From the NCBI GenBank assembly GCA_037379345.1, contig CM074511.1:62130862-62194861 (forward strand): a stretch of DNA of 64,000 nt, written 5' to 3'. Shown piece by piece: positions 13,289-27,477 of the stretch (its first letter is position 1; the number at the start of each line of letters is the position of its first letter). The translations under genes and the position numbers were made by a program. This stretch comes from Perna viridis. Taxonomy: Eukaryota. The notes under the pieces were generated by a model. That model was not told the DNA's origin and searched no databases. It was given only the letters and a program-made list of their open reading frames with translations.

Positions 13289-15681
13289 AATTTAATTCAA
13301 GTACCAAAGTTCAACAAGTAAATAATTAAAAAAGTTTGAAGACGTCACAGTCATGGCAAAATTTGGTCTATGAAATAATAAACGATATTTTTTATCCAAT
13401 CAGAAACTGTGTTTCTTCTGAAATTAAATTATTGACAGTTGTTTTGTCCCTAGACATCATTTTTAATTATTGTGTTGATTGTTTGGTTTCAATGATGAGT
13501 CAAAAAAGATTGAACATTCAGCGCTTTTAAGTTACTTTCCATCTATCAATGTATGTATGCTATGTTGTTCCTTCCAAGTTATTGCCATCTTATTGTTTTC
13601 GTTATAATGCTGATGCCCAGAAGTAACTCCTTTTAACACGGGTACGGCATGCCAAACTTTGGAAAATATTTACCATTGGTGTTTTTGAATTTATTTAATA
13701 AAACACAGAAACACCAATCATACAATGTATGTATTGCAAATCTCGATATGCTGTATACTTGTTTCAATAAATTTTCCTATTGGCGTTTATAGTCTTTACT
13801 TAGAACTGTCCGAGCTCAACTCTTTTTGTAGGCAGTACCGGGAGTATTGAAAGTAATTTACAATTTAATCTCCGAAAACCCTTGTCTTGTTAAAGCATTT
13901 AATGTTTGTAATCGGTCTGTTTTTCTATGTTGTCGTGTGCCCTAAGGGTTTTAAACGTAATATTATTTGTAGGAAAATTTATGACGTCCAGACATAAAAA
14001 TTATTAATACGGGTTTTTTGTTTTCTATGATCCTTGATTTTCGAGTTTTCTGTCGGAATTATTAATTTTACTATATTGAAACAAAAAAAAAATGCTCAGT
14101 TTTATGTACAATACACTATTGTCAACAAAACGTCATTTTTATTTCACATAGCATATTTTTGGAAAATCTAACAATAGCTCCGTCTAATGAACCATATATT
14201 ATGTTTACTCACATTCTTTTCTTTGTGGTGGATTAAGTCGATATGAAATCGCCAATAATCCAGCTTTGTTCCTCGTCATCCTTCTAACGTTATTAAGACA
14301 ACCCACATTCACAAAAAATGGATGTCTTCGAAGACTAAGGCCACAAATTAATGCAATATTTTATTCCTAAAGGACCACGGCCGACAGTTCAGATCAACTA
14401 TAAATATTCAAGAGAGATAATAGGTATTACTGTTATTTGATCAGGAAAGTGTAAACATTATCAAGGGGTTTATTGTTCAGGTCTGTTGTCGCTGTAATTG
14501 TGTATGAATTTCAAACAAGTGTCTAACAAGTCTTTATATTAGATAGATGAATCAGTACATATCTTTATCGTTTGTTTCTTGGTAAATCATTTTATAATTT
14601 ACGAACAAAAGTTTATCTATAACTTGATCTCGTTGTTTATAAGAAATAAAAACTTGTTCATAAATGTAAAGGAACCGTTGTCACATATAACTCTTCATTT
14701 ACTGAACCATTTACTTCTAGTTAAATCATAGTATGCATCATTCTATCAACATTTTTTACCTCTTCGTTGATACGTGAGTTTCGGGATCTATATGAATCAC
14801 AAACAAAAAACATGTCGAAGCATTATCGGTTCATCATTTTGAATTCTTTAATGTAGTTGATGATTTTACAGAAATAGTCAATACATAGTCTTTACAGATA
14901 CATATTAGATAGAAGCTCTCTATGTGTCCCAAAGGAGAAGTACACCGAAATACTGATAATGGATTCTCTGTCAATAGGAATTAAACTCTTTTGTGCAGAA
15001 ACCAAACTGTACCGTACCAAATATACGCTGAACATTATAAATGAGTTTTTCTCTCTTTCTATGCGATTATGGATTTCCCCAAACGGAAGAATATTCTTCG
15101 GCTTTTCCCAAGTGCGGGGGTTGGACAAAAGATTGTAATTGCCTTATTTCAGATGGAGTTAATTCCGTTAATGCATGGCATGGTGCATTTCCTGGGCAGC
15201 TATCAATACCAAGGAAATTATTGACAAGAATATCATAGTCTATAAGAGAACTATAGAGGAAAGTTTGTTATAAGTCTTCTTAATACTCATTACTTGTCTT
15301 ACAGGTACAAGTACAGTCACATTGTTGGTATTTTTGTATTTATCTATCAGATTCAGCATCTGCTCATTTGATTACTTTTTTACCTAAAACCTACACTTTT
15401 TGTTTACTTTCAATGTAGGTTCGTTTGTCTTGAGTGATTTTTAAAAATGGACACTTGATCGCTTTTACAACAATGATGTCTCTAAGAAAACTTTATATTA
15501 TTTCATTCAGAATACTAAGTTTGTTTATGTAACTCATTAATAAGGACGGAGTGTTAGCAACGGCCTACATATATTTAGATGTAGATGAAACATGCATGGC
15601 TCAAAATCGTTCTGTCGAGAGTAACGTATTTCAGAAATGCCAGTTGTTTGACTATTTAGCGCAGCCGAACAGCGTGTATTA

Positions 15682-18048
15682 GTGTAAACATGTTTTATTT
15701 AGAAATTCAAACAATAGTATAATAACATAAGTACAATGTAAGGAAAGGATTCGGAAACAAGCTTTAAGCTTTTATAAATCCGTTTCCTAGGTAATTAAAT
15801 GACAAATATGTATAAATAGTGCATGCTCGTACTCTAATAATATTTACGAACAATTGAATAAAATATGATGAAAACTTAGGTTTTTGGTATACAATATGAA
15901 ATTGAAAATGAAGATGAAAAAGAGAGGGAAAATGACTTGTGGGCAAAAGTACAGTGAATGTTAGTTTTAAAATATACAAAACAGTCAAGTAAATCTCTTA
16001 CTTTTGATAATATACAACTGAGTAAAGTTAAAAAATGGCAATGTTTTGATCATCATTCAGTTGGTTAGATCCAAAGATTAGAAGATTTGTATTGATTTCA
16101 ACAGGGATTTCAGCTAGCGAGGCTAGAAGTTCAGTTCTTAGAGTTCGATATTTTGGACAGTGGAATAAAAAGTGTTTAGTGGTTTCAATTTCGCCACAAG
16201 TACAAGTAGATGAATTGTCAAGATTAAAAAAAAAATAAATGGGAATTAAGGGCGCTAGAATTTAATCGCAGTCGTGAATATAGTATTTGTCCTAACCTTG
16301 TACCAGTATAATAGTAAGCTGGTACTTTATCATTTTGACTACGCGCTTAAAGATTGCAGTAGAATCTACTGCCTTGACATTTACATCTAATTCGTTCCAC
16401 AGTTTTACTGTTGAAGGTAAAAAATAGTCTGCGTAAATATTAGTGCGAGTAAAAATGTTAGCGATATTATTTGCTTGTCTATTGTTATGATTGTGGCGAT
16501 TTGCAATTGTACCAGGGACAAGATCTGATAGGTAATTGGGTGTTTTGTTATTTAACATTTTATGGAAAAGAAAAAGTTTATGAGTTTTACGTCTGGAAGC
16601 CAAAGTTTCCCATTTAGTTTCTTCATAAAGTTTTTGTAAAGTAGTAAGCCTTGTCCCACCAGTTACAATTCTTCCTGCATCGATTTGAACATTTTCTAAC
16701 TTATCTATCAAAGTTTGATTTTGAGTATCCCAAATGGCATTGGCATATTCTAAAATGGGTCGAATGAAAGACATATATAACTTTTCCAAAGTAAATCTAT
16801 CAAGAATCATTCTACATTAATTTTCCTTAGAACATTTAATCGGTTATACGCTATTTTGATAATGTAATCGGTATGATCATGCCAAGAGCCGTTGTTCGAA
16901 ATCATTAGACCAAGATGCTTATGATTGTCTACAGACTGAATAGGCCGATTATTCAAATATAACGTGGGGTGAACAGGTTTATTGTTTTTCCGAGAAATAG
17001 TAATAGTCTCTGTTTTTCTGGCGTTGAAGTTAACTAACCATTGTTTAAACCATTTATGAATTTTAACTAAGTCGTCATTAAGTATGGAAGCTGTGTCGTT
17101 AGGGGAATCGACTACCAGGAAGTATGGAGGCTATGTCGTTAGGGGAATCGACTACCAGGAAGTATGGAGGCTGTGTCGTTAGGGGAATCGACTACCAGGA
17201 AGTATGGGGGCTGTGTCGTTAGGGGAATCGACTACCAGGAAGTATGGAGGCTGTGTCGTTAGGGGAATCGACTACCAGGAAGTATGGGGGCTGTGTCGTT
17301 AGGGGAATCGACTACCAGGAAGTATGGGGGCTGTGTCGTTAGGGGAATCGACTACCAGGAAGTATGGGGGCTGTGTCGTTAGGGGAATCGACTACCAGGA
17401 AGTATGGAGGCTGTGTCGTTAGGGGAATCGACTATGAGGAAGAGACTGGTATCATCCTCAAAATAATCTGATGTTTGCTTTTATATCAGTTACTATACCA
17501 TTGATAAATAAGATAAATAACAGGTGACCAAGAATAGAACCCTGAGAAACTCCAGCACCAATGGGTAACCATTCCGAAGAAGAACCATTTACGACTACCC
17601 TTTGAGACCTTCCCTCTAGATAATTTTTAAACCAATTTAAAAGATTATCCTCAATTCCAGCCTGTTTTAATTTAAATAAACCCTTATGCCAGACCCTGTC
17701 GAAAGCTTTGCTAATATCTCAGAAGATCACTTTAATTTCTTTGCCGCTGTCCAATGCTGCGAATTGATTGACCACGGAGTCTCCTTTAGTAAAACCCGAT
17801 TGTATATTATTATGATATTCTCAAGTAAATGATTATGTACATGTTTATAAACACAGCCTCCATGACCTTAGATATTACACATAAGAGTGAAATAGGACGA
17901 TAATTTTAACATCATTGGAATTATTACTTTTAAATATGGGGGTTACATTAGCCCTTTTCTATTTGTTAGGATATACTGCATTTTCTAGTGGTAAATTAAA
18001 GAGTCTACACAGTGGATAGTTTAAGATTCAAGCTGATACTTTAAGCAT
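15682..18048 (-). mobile_element. CR1/L2-group LINE, 5'-truncated RT pseudogene
   Basis: Motifs RANVTPIFK, NYRPISLL, ISKAFDRVWHKGL, GVSQGSILG, IRLFEDDTSL, HKHLGL, LYMSFIRPILEYA and C-terminal CTCGEIETTKHFLFHC. AATAAA near the 3' end. Possible TSD GTG(T/C)ATTA at 15674-15681 and 18049-18056. Confidence 0.88.
17081..17440. repeat. 40-bp minisatellite x9 inside the LINE RT
   Basis: AGGGGAATCG recurs at 17101, 17141 ... 17421. Confidence 0.97.
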
Positions 18049-18344
18049 GTGCATTAAAAAAAGTCTCGCATATTTTTATTGGTGGAGACATAACGGAACA
18101 TTATCAATAAACTTAAATGCTATTTAAGTAGAAGTAAGTGCGTTCCTGGTAGACAAAGCATAAAATCATATTATTACACAAGATTTGGAACTAGTTTAAA
18201 CTGTTTAACTTTATTACGTTCACTTTAAACCTCAATACTCCAGTTATAGATCTTGTAGACACTGGCGTGTGGCTTTTTTTATGGGGGGGGGGGGTAATTT
18301 CACTCTCGGTAAAAAGTAGGTTGAAGGTAACATTTTGTGTTTAT

Positions 18345-18860
18345 TTGTCTCGCCTGCGACGAATGTCTTGGATGGCGAGACTAAGGTATTACTTTATCAA
18401 CGTTAAGATTCTGATTAGGTCATTTTAATATGGACCACTTATGCTTGGTTAGTCATATTTGGTATGCAACTTTATCACTGGCAATTCTGTATCTATTTCA
18501 TGCATATGCCTCACATTCATGGTCTATCGACTTCAAAATTTTAAATTTCATGTTTTAGATTTGATGTCAAGTTTTCTGATAAGGTCAATCACATATGAAC
18601 CATTTTTTGCTAGGTCAATCATATTATCATATTTGGTATACAGTTGCATTAGCAGTTCTATATTCATTTCATGCTTATGCCCCTGCAGTTACAGTCTGTT
18701 GACTTTAAATATTTAAAGTCTTTGTTAAGAATCTATTTTATGTTTAAGTCAATTAAATATGAACCACTTGTACTAGGTCAATCATATTTGGTATGTAGTT
18801 GCAACGACATCACTTCTTTCTTTTATGCATGTACCCCGTCAGTCACGATATATTGACTGA
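18345..18860 (+). mobile_element. Helentron/HINE-like element with ~164-bp core repeats
   Basis: 5' hairpin GTCTCGCC...GGCGAGAC. The motif GRACCA...GGTYARTCATATT recurs at about 18433, 18597 and 18761. Confidence 0.6.
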
Positions 18861-21075
18861 AATTATACTTCACCGAAATATCACTTTGTCACAGTTCCAA
18901 TGCAAGCAATAAAATATGCCTAAACAACTTGTCCACTTTGGTGGGGTCAAATGGGTGTATGGATATTATAAAGAGTTCTTAATATATAAAATTAGTTACA
19001 ATGTCCCTATCAACGTCCATGTGCTACCGGCTAGACGTATTTCATTGTCGTGTCTACAATCCTGTAATGACCACAGTTTCAAATAAATTCGTCTAACCTG
19101 GACCATTTTTTTTATTTTTGTTTTTGCCAAACCTATATTAACACATTGACTTCTTTCATAGCTTGTAAAAATGTCTTTATGCTCTCATACAAGGGTACAA
19201 CTTACTAGACATGAAGCTCTAATGGTTACCCATTCCATTTATATCAGATAAAGACTAGATGAGATTGCATTTCAGTTTTATGCTCTTGCTTACAATGCTT
19301 TGGACAAATTTCAAAGTCAAAGAATATCATTAAAGCAAATGGACTAGGAAAATCAATTTTGACGCGAATAGAGAGTTCTATTTCTGTCTATTATTTATCA
19401 TTAGAATTTCTTGTTATTATCCAGACCTTGCTTCGGCCTTTGATTCCGAAGATTCCGGAATGAAATCAATACAGAATAACACAATTATCTCGAATACTTG
19501 ATATTGTTTCTGTCCTCGGAAACACTTTTATGATGTTCATGTTGGAACGGTATGTTAAACAGGTATACCCACATACATGAATGAAGTTCACGTGTCAGTA
19601 TTGTTTGTTTCAACTTTCTTGGATTCACGTTATAATACTGGCAACAAAGAGTTCATTTTAAGACTTCCATTTAGAAAAATAACTAATTTATGTTGCTCTA
19701 ACCATTCACAACAGAAAAGCTTCGTTTTAAAAATCATTGTTTTCAATTATGCGTATAAACTGTACAAGACATTGTCAGGTTACATGATCATATGTAGCAT
19801 GGGAGAGTATTTATACAGAGTATCATCACATTGATTAAAAGTGCCATTTTCATGCAATTTTCTTTTTGTGTAATACTTGATAGTTAATGCTTTCAGAAAC
19901 TAGAATAAAAAGTATTAAGGCAATGTGCGTCTATTGCGAAATGCAGTTAAGTAGAAATATGTCAGGTGGGGAATGATTATTCCTTTTTATCATCGCATTA
20001 GATGATATAAAACAGTTGATGACATCCCATCAATAATTGTGTATAAACTTTCTATTATCTCATCTTCCTGGAATTTTCTGGCTTACTCACAATCTGCTTT
20101 CACCAGGTGAATGATCGAAACTTGTGAAAATTATTGTGAAAAACTGACAAAGCAAAACAATGACAAAGTATGAAACCATTGTCTATGTTATAGATGGGAT
20201 ATAAGTCAGTTGTTTTAAATTATGTTGAAGCTTAGTTTCATAAGAAAATACAACGGAAAAAAAGAATATACACCATCCAATGATATTAATGATTAGGTGT
20301 TTCAGAACCAATATAAGCATACGATTGACAACGCGAACACAGCCATTTGTTAATATTTTTTCCTTCAAAAAAGTGATTAAACTTCTTATTATTTTGATAA
20401 GTTTTTTAAAAAGACAATACTATTTAAACAAGTAATTGTACAATAATTTCAACTTTATTGATTCGTGAATATCATAAAAAATCAAATATTTAACCATGAA
20501 CCAAGCACACACAACCGTAAGCTTGCTTTACTACCATATTGTGTGCATTGTAATGTCACAATTAATTTGAGCTCAAGTATGCCAAAACTCCAGTGTTCCT
20601 TATAGTAAATAATGTCTTCATTTCACTGGGTTTAATCCATCTTCATCCCATTAGATTAATTGTAGCCATTTAGCAATTCAGATTGACATGCATTATAGAA
20701 GTACAAATGAATATACTGACTTTCCATATCAGCATCCCATTGTCAGCTATTTATCTCGAATTTGCACATCTGTGAGTATTTGATAAGTTGATACCATAGT
20801 ACACGAATTCATCCACTGCCAGCTAGGGCAGCTTAATGTGATATAATAACATTGTCTTAGGAAACACTGTGAAATATTGCAACCTTTTAAAGAAAAATAT
20901 ATGGCACAAAGCTTGAGTATTATGGTTTCCAGTATATGAACAATTATAAGCAAATTTATAGAGTTAATGTGTCACTCACACAAAAAATAAATATTTATCA
21001 TAGAAAAATAATGAATGAAATTTTCGGTCGCCTTATCATGTAAGGTCTATTTATTTTACATTCGACGTTTATGAA

Positions 21076-21567
21076 GTTGGTATCATTTTGGTACCAGTAT
21101 CGTATTGCATATCCCTGAGCGGGTGTACGTCAAAACATGGATGCCATAAAAATATAGTGCATTTTCTTTTTGCCTCTCTACAAACTAATGTTTTGTCAAA
21201 AGACATGAACAATGACTTAAAAAATAGAGCAAACATCACACTGTAAGATGAAGAACTTTTTTAAAAGAAAATCTAACATAATATCATAAAAATGTTCCAC
21301 TGAAAAGGTTGGTTTGGTGAGTGCAAAACGAAAGTGAAAGTAGGGAAAATGGCTATTTATAGTTCAAGACTACTTTTCTGTCCAATCTTCGTGGACTCAC
21401 CCTATTTTCTTTGCGGGAAATTATTTTTCACATGTCCTTAGAAATGCTACATAAGTGAAAGTTTTATTGAATCAATTTACATATTTTTTAAAAAATCCTA
21501 AAAATATGCACTTCACTATAGAAGTCTATGGGAAAATTAATACGATACTGAGACCTTTTATACCAAC
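21076..21567. mobile_element. Possible non-autonomous DNA transposon with ~30-bp imperfect inverted termini
   Basis: GTTGGTAT....GGT.CCAGTATCGTATT (21076-21106) versus AATACGATACTGAGACC....ATACCAAC (21539-21567). Confidence 0.45.
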
Positions 21568-24500
21568 GTTAAAGCAGTTTTATGAATTCATTAAAGATGG
21601 TTCCTCAACAACAGAAGTATGAACACACGGCATCTCCAAGTACCGGGAAAAATATCCTTCGTGGGAGACTTGTTGTCTACTAACATAGCAATATTTAATG
21701 ACAATTTTCTTAGGAAACGAATCTGAAAAATTTATTCTAAAATCAATAGCCATGGTCAATAATTTGTATACAAATATGATCACAAACAGTTCTAGAATAT
21801 CGATTGAACTTCATCACTAGTAAATCATCAGGTGTATAAAATTAAAATAATTTACCAGTATAACAAACGAGGACACATGGCGGATCAGCCACGTGTATAA
21901 TGTCGCAGTTCAATCGGAAAGAAATGATTGTCATAATCATTTTAACTCGGCTTCTAGGATTCATACATCTCTAGTAATAACGATTTATAAATAATAAACG
22001 AGCTATCAGCAACGTATATGTAAATAGTTCGTGTCACAATAGTTGACAATAATTATATGTGTTCGCCAGCAGACGACAAGTTTTTCAAAATCAATACAAA
22101 GCAGAAGACATCTAAGAAGGATGCCCTTATTCAAGATACTGCGAATCAACATTACCATAAAAAGACATGAATAGTAGTTGTGGTTGTTTAGTGCCGTTTG
22201 ATTCCTTATTGGCAGTCGCTCTCTATGATTCTCTTGGATTAGCACTCGAAAAAATGTTCTCAACGCACAAATGACAATACTGGAACCAAACACTGGTTTC
22301 TGAATCAATACGTTAACAATTTGATAAGCAAATAGTAGTTGCTTTAATGATAACGCGCGTTTTCTGGTCTCTGGCAGGCTTAAATATTTTACCATGTTTA
22401 TCAACAGTTCTGGAAACTTGTCGTTTCGCATATCAGCACTGACAATATCAAATGGTTTTATTTATTACAAAGACTATGGAGTAGTAGAGGGAAACCTAAT
22501 TCTTGATATCGTCAGCTGAAATAGTATCTAATCATGATAAGACAAGGATCAGATTTGATACATCGAATGCTTTTGATGGATTAAAAAAGGCTTGGTAATA
22601 AAATCAGTTTTTATCAACGTAAACAAGTGGAGCGGTCTGTAAACCTAAAAACGTCAGCTAACATCATGTTATTGGATGTTAAAAGAAAATGATATTTTCT
22701 GAAGATTCATCTAAATACTATTTACCGTGGTTGATCACGGCCAAGACTTTTGTGAGCTGAATTAGAACGATATTGATTTTTGAGTTACACGTTTCAAGTG
22801 AAAGAACTTACAAATAGGGCGAAGATAGTAGGGTTAGATGAAATGTATACCGTGGTCAAACTCCACACCTAAATGTTACATGTAGGAACATGCGCCGTTG
22901 CCAACGAGGGGTAAGGTTAAGCTCTGAAGGGTTTTGTTTTTTGTTTTCATTCTACATAAAATGTTGACATTGTAGTAATTGGTGTTAGTGCTCCCAAAAA
23001 ATGATGATTCTCTTTTTTTTTACTTTTCCCCTACAAAAATAGCAGTATTTAACATAAGACAATGGTATTAAGAGGATTTATCATAATTTTTGTCGCCTCA
23101 AAAACTCCACGCATCTCCAAAAAGTGACCAATCATTTGGTTGAAAATTGAAAATTTGACATAAATAATCTAAAATATGGAAGTAGAATTTTAGACATAAG
23201 AATATTGTTTAAATTTGAAAACTTTGAAATTTGTGGAAAACATTTTTGTGACGTTAAAATAAAATGGATTATAGATCTATTTTCATGACCCTATATCCTG
23301 TATTTAAAATAGGCTTGTATCATTTTATGGGGAAAAAAAACTACGAAATGTCTCTTTACAGTGACCACTTGGCTTACCAGTATAAAAACTTGCTAGAAAT
23401 TGATGAGGTGAAAAATGTTGAATTAACAGTACTTCTTGGTACATTTTTTTAAACCTAGTATTCATTATAACTGAATTATGAACATCATTGACATGAAAAT
23501 GTCAAATGAAAATCTGAGGCTAATGCATTTGCAGTTCACGAATTAAGGAACGAAGAATGTAGTTTGTTTCGTTTGATAATAATGCCAATTACAATAAGCT
23601 AAGACATTTGGGATTGGTGCGTGTCGACAAATTATCACCTCCTGCTTTTCTTATTACATGTATGTTTTGTTATGGTTTGGATTTTCTTTGTTGGCATTTT
23701 ATTCACATTTCTCGCAAGTCATATTTATTAGAAAAATACTCCACAATAAAGGACGAAGTCCTCATAACGGTTATACGAATTCAACCTATGACCTTTTACA
23801 TTTAATCTGACTGGAAGTGGTCGACTCACAGACAAGTCATTCCAATCTACTAGGATTTATTATTAGTGATATATCCCTCTGGCTAAAACGTTTGTTGTTT
23901 ATTGTATTTTGTAAGTTTGGTGAACTTAGCCTTTTAAAAATACAGTCTTATTTTGAAAAGATTTATGAATCCATACTTTCTCCATAGTCGAATTTTGGTG
24001 TTCTTCAGTTTACTGTCAAATGCTTTAACCGCCAAACATGCTGCATAATACATTCAGCAAGCGATCAGAAAACGTTTAAAACACTTACGAACCAAGTAAC
24101 TTTGTTATCTGCAATATGTTCCTACTTTTGTTTTGTTTGTTTTTATTCTTCTGCTTTTTTTTGTTTTTGTTCATTACGTCTATTGTTTTGCTTTGTTTTA
24201 TTTATTTGCGTTTTTTTTAAGATATTTTGTTTTCGATTGTACGTGTAATGTACTTTCTTTCTAAATATAACTACATGTACATGTAAAAAGTGATTTCTTT
24301 CTTTGGTCATAATATTACTCTGTTTTGAGGATACGTGCACGGAGATCGTTTTGAATAACGTTGTGTTATCCATAATCGGAAAAATCGTGCATTCCTGATA
24401 TTGCTCAGAATACAGATAACTAATTATTCCTTCGTTCCTCGGTATGATTTCATTAAACGGTCCATCAATTGATGTAGATCTTATAGAGGAAATATTGTCA

Positions 24501-25249
24501 GCAATTTTTTTTTTCAATTCCTATTCGGTATAAAATAAGGACTTTCTTTGACCTAAAAACCGTAGCCTGTTGATGCATTAGTTTTCTAACGAACTTCATT
24601 TTCTCTGTAATAAGTAATATAGATTTGGTAACAACTATTTCTAAAAAGTCTAAAAATGAACGGCGTTCATTATTTTTAACAGATGGTCCCTGGAGAAATT
24701 ATCTTGCCTGTTAAAAACAAATATACATTTCTAGTATTTTTCAACACTGTATAAAGCGTTCTGAATATTTTTTTTTAGATTCGTCCCATGCATTGGTTAG
24801 TTTTATTTCTTCCGATTGGAAGGATGTCATTCTTTAACGCACCATCATCAAGGCAAGATCGATACATCAAATGACCTATGCGGTAATTTACGACTAAATT
24901 TTCTGATTTATGCGGTCCTCGTTTTGAGAGAATTAGCAAATACAAGTCAATGGTTACAATTCTATTTGTAATGAATATCATATCCAATTGATTTTCTTTA
25001 AATAGTTTAATTCTCAGCTTTCGTTGTTTGCAGAATCGATCGTATCGATCGTGTCGATGGTGTTCCGGGGATGGTGTATAACAATGATAAGAAATAACAT
25101 CATTTCCCAGTGATCACTGCGACGCTTATTGAATTTCAGAAGATGTATTAAGTAACTTCTGCCGGACGCAGCAGGTCTCTAAAAATAATCACTCTTGCAT
25201 TATCCTTATGACGGTAGCTTTGTTTAATTAAACCAACACATCATTATGG

Positions 25250-25278
25250 ATGACAATAAGAAGGAGAAATAAGATTAG
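25250..25278 (+). CDS. Shab: Putative first coding exon of Kv2 (MTIRRRNKI-S)
   Basis: ATG at 25250 after an in-frame stop. The AG|GTAGCT donor is phase 2, matching the acceptor at 26630. Candidate acceptor TTTCGTTGTTTGCAG ends at 25033. Confidence 0.35.
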
Positions 25279-26630
25279 GTAGCTTGGAGAACTTTGGAAT
25301 TGAATAGCACTGATCCTATAAAAAGCTTACTTGTTGATCACACACAGCGCTTGGTTCTGCTTTACGATTCGCTATTGTATAGACACGGAAAACGGGCTGT
25401 AATTGCAGTCGGTAAAAGTATAGTTTCAGTACACGTGTCATGCCTCAGCGCAGAGCTAGTGTTTAGGGTCAATTAGCATGACTAATTATTTCATACCCAA
25501 GTATTACTTTCTACTCAGCATATCTGGTTTCAATAATAAATAACATGTACAATAAGCGTTGTTGACGTTTGAAATCTTTTTATCTTTAAGTTAATGATAT
25601 CTCTATGGTAATTTTCAAAAGTACTAAAACGGTTCTGTGGTTAGACGCATTTAAAAGCTGTATAATAAATGTAACTATAAAAGAAGGTGAGTTAGTTTGT
25701 TTTGCTGATAAATATATATATATTTTTGATTGTTTTTGTTAAAGACATATCAACGAGATTCGGTATGTGCATGCAACTCAACCAATCTTAGACAAGTTGT
25801 TCTGCGTTGTTAAATCTAAATATGTGTTTTTTCTTAAAAGATCCATGACCGATTGTAGTACAAGATAATACGGTAATATTCAAAAGATACTACTAGTATG
25901 TTCTTCACTTTAAGAATGGAGCCAATCGATATTTCAGTTAGCTGAATTTCTCTCTTGCTTTCTTTCAAAATTGTAATTTTAAATCTAAAAAAAAACATTT
26001 TGATTTCTTTAAAGTTGAATTATTTATTCCATTTTCAAATCAAAATTAAAGAACTATGATATGCTATAAGTTCCAAAATGATATGTATTAATGATATACG
26101 ACAATTTGAAAATCACTTATCAGCTCTCTTTACCACATGAATGATTTGAAATCAATTATGAAAACTTTCCTTATCTTCTACTTAACCTGTCTGCAAAGCT
26201 AACCCATCTATCTGTATACCAGTAATACTGTTCCAATCGATGAAACCTCAGTTACTTACAATAACACCAGAGATAATCGGTACTGTGCATTAGATACACT
26301 GTTGCATTTCTCTACGTAACATTGAGCGATGTGTAGCAAAGGAAATCTATTTACATGCCTTTGTAGCGTCTAAACCAAGCGTTTGATTAGTAAACATGCT
26401 GAAACGCTTGCATGTAAAAATAAATTTCCTTTGTGTATGTTCTCTCTACGATGTCTGTGATTCCATCTAAGGAATTTATCATGGAGTCAATAATCTCTAA
26501 TGTATATTCTTGATTACATGGTATGGAAAGACGAAATTATATTCAAGATGGATTTTTACATAGTTTTTTCGCCTCGATATATAGATAAATGATTAATTAT
26601 TATTGACTACGTCTTTTCTACCATTTTTAG

Positions 26631-27477
26631 CTCTGGACAAGGCCGCGAATCTGACGGAACAAGCAATCTGTCCTCAAGAAGCACTTCCTTACATTACGAT
26701 ACCAACAAGTGCAAAAGAGATTCAATTGCCTTTGAGCCACAGGGCTGTTCTTCAAATATTAACAAATTTCAAGGCGTTCGAAGGCAGAGAGATACCACTT
26801 CAAAGCAAGAAGTGAAAATAACGCCGAATCCAATATCATTAGCTACGTCTGCCGTACCGCATAACAATTCAATCACATCAATGCAGATCTCAGTTGATAT
26901 GGGGTTACCCAGTGAAGGAGGAACTGGTGGGACTTATTACCCATACACGGAAACCGGTCCTCCTGAACCAAAGGCTATTTCTAGAAGCAAGGAAATGTCA
27001 AAAAGAGTTGTATTAAATGTTGGTGGAGTTAAACATGAAGTGCTATGGAGAACTTTAGATAGAATGCCCCATACTCGTCTAGGAAAATTAAAATCATGTA
27101 ACACACATGAAAGTCTAATGGAAATCTGTGATGACTATTCAATTGTTCACAATGAGTATTTCTTCGATCGCCATCCTAGATCTTTTGCTTCAATTCTTAA
27201 TTTTTATAGAACAGGAAAATTACATCTTGTAGAAGAAATGTGTGTTTTGTCTTTCTCTGAGGATTTAGAATATTGGGGGATTGATGAATTGTATCTAGAA
27301 TCGTGTTGTCAACATAAATATTATCAAAGGAAGGAACATGTCTACGAGGAAATAAGGAAAGAGGCGGAAAGTTTACGACAAAGAGATGAAGAGGATTTTG
27401 GAACAGGAATGTGTTCGGCTTGGAGACAAAAAATATGGGATCTTTTAGAAAAGCCAACAACATCTATGGCTGCACGG
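26631..27477 (+). CDS. Shab: Kv2/Shab voltage-gated K+ channel, N-terminal/T1 (BTB) exon
   Basis: [68 protein letters not shown]. Acceptor TTTTTAG at 26630 and donor GTAAGT at 27478. First in-exon ATG at 26881. Confidence 0.95.

Noticed and set aside
9430-17440. CRISPR-like appearance of the 27-bp and 40-bp arrays
   Set aside because: The units are head-to-tail with no unique spacers, there are no cas genes, and the context is eukaryotic.
21795-21840. Hammerhead-like core on the minus strand (CTGATGA-TTTACTAGTGAT-GAAG)
   Set aside because: The GAAA box is mutated and stems I and III cannot be formed. At best it is a dead relic.
22006-22431. 141-aa minus-strand ORF
   Set aside because: No recognisable motif or splice support, so it is probably a chance ORF.
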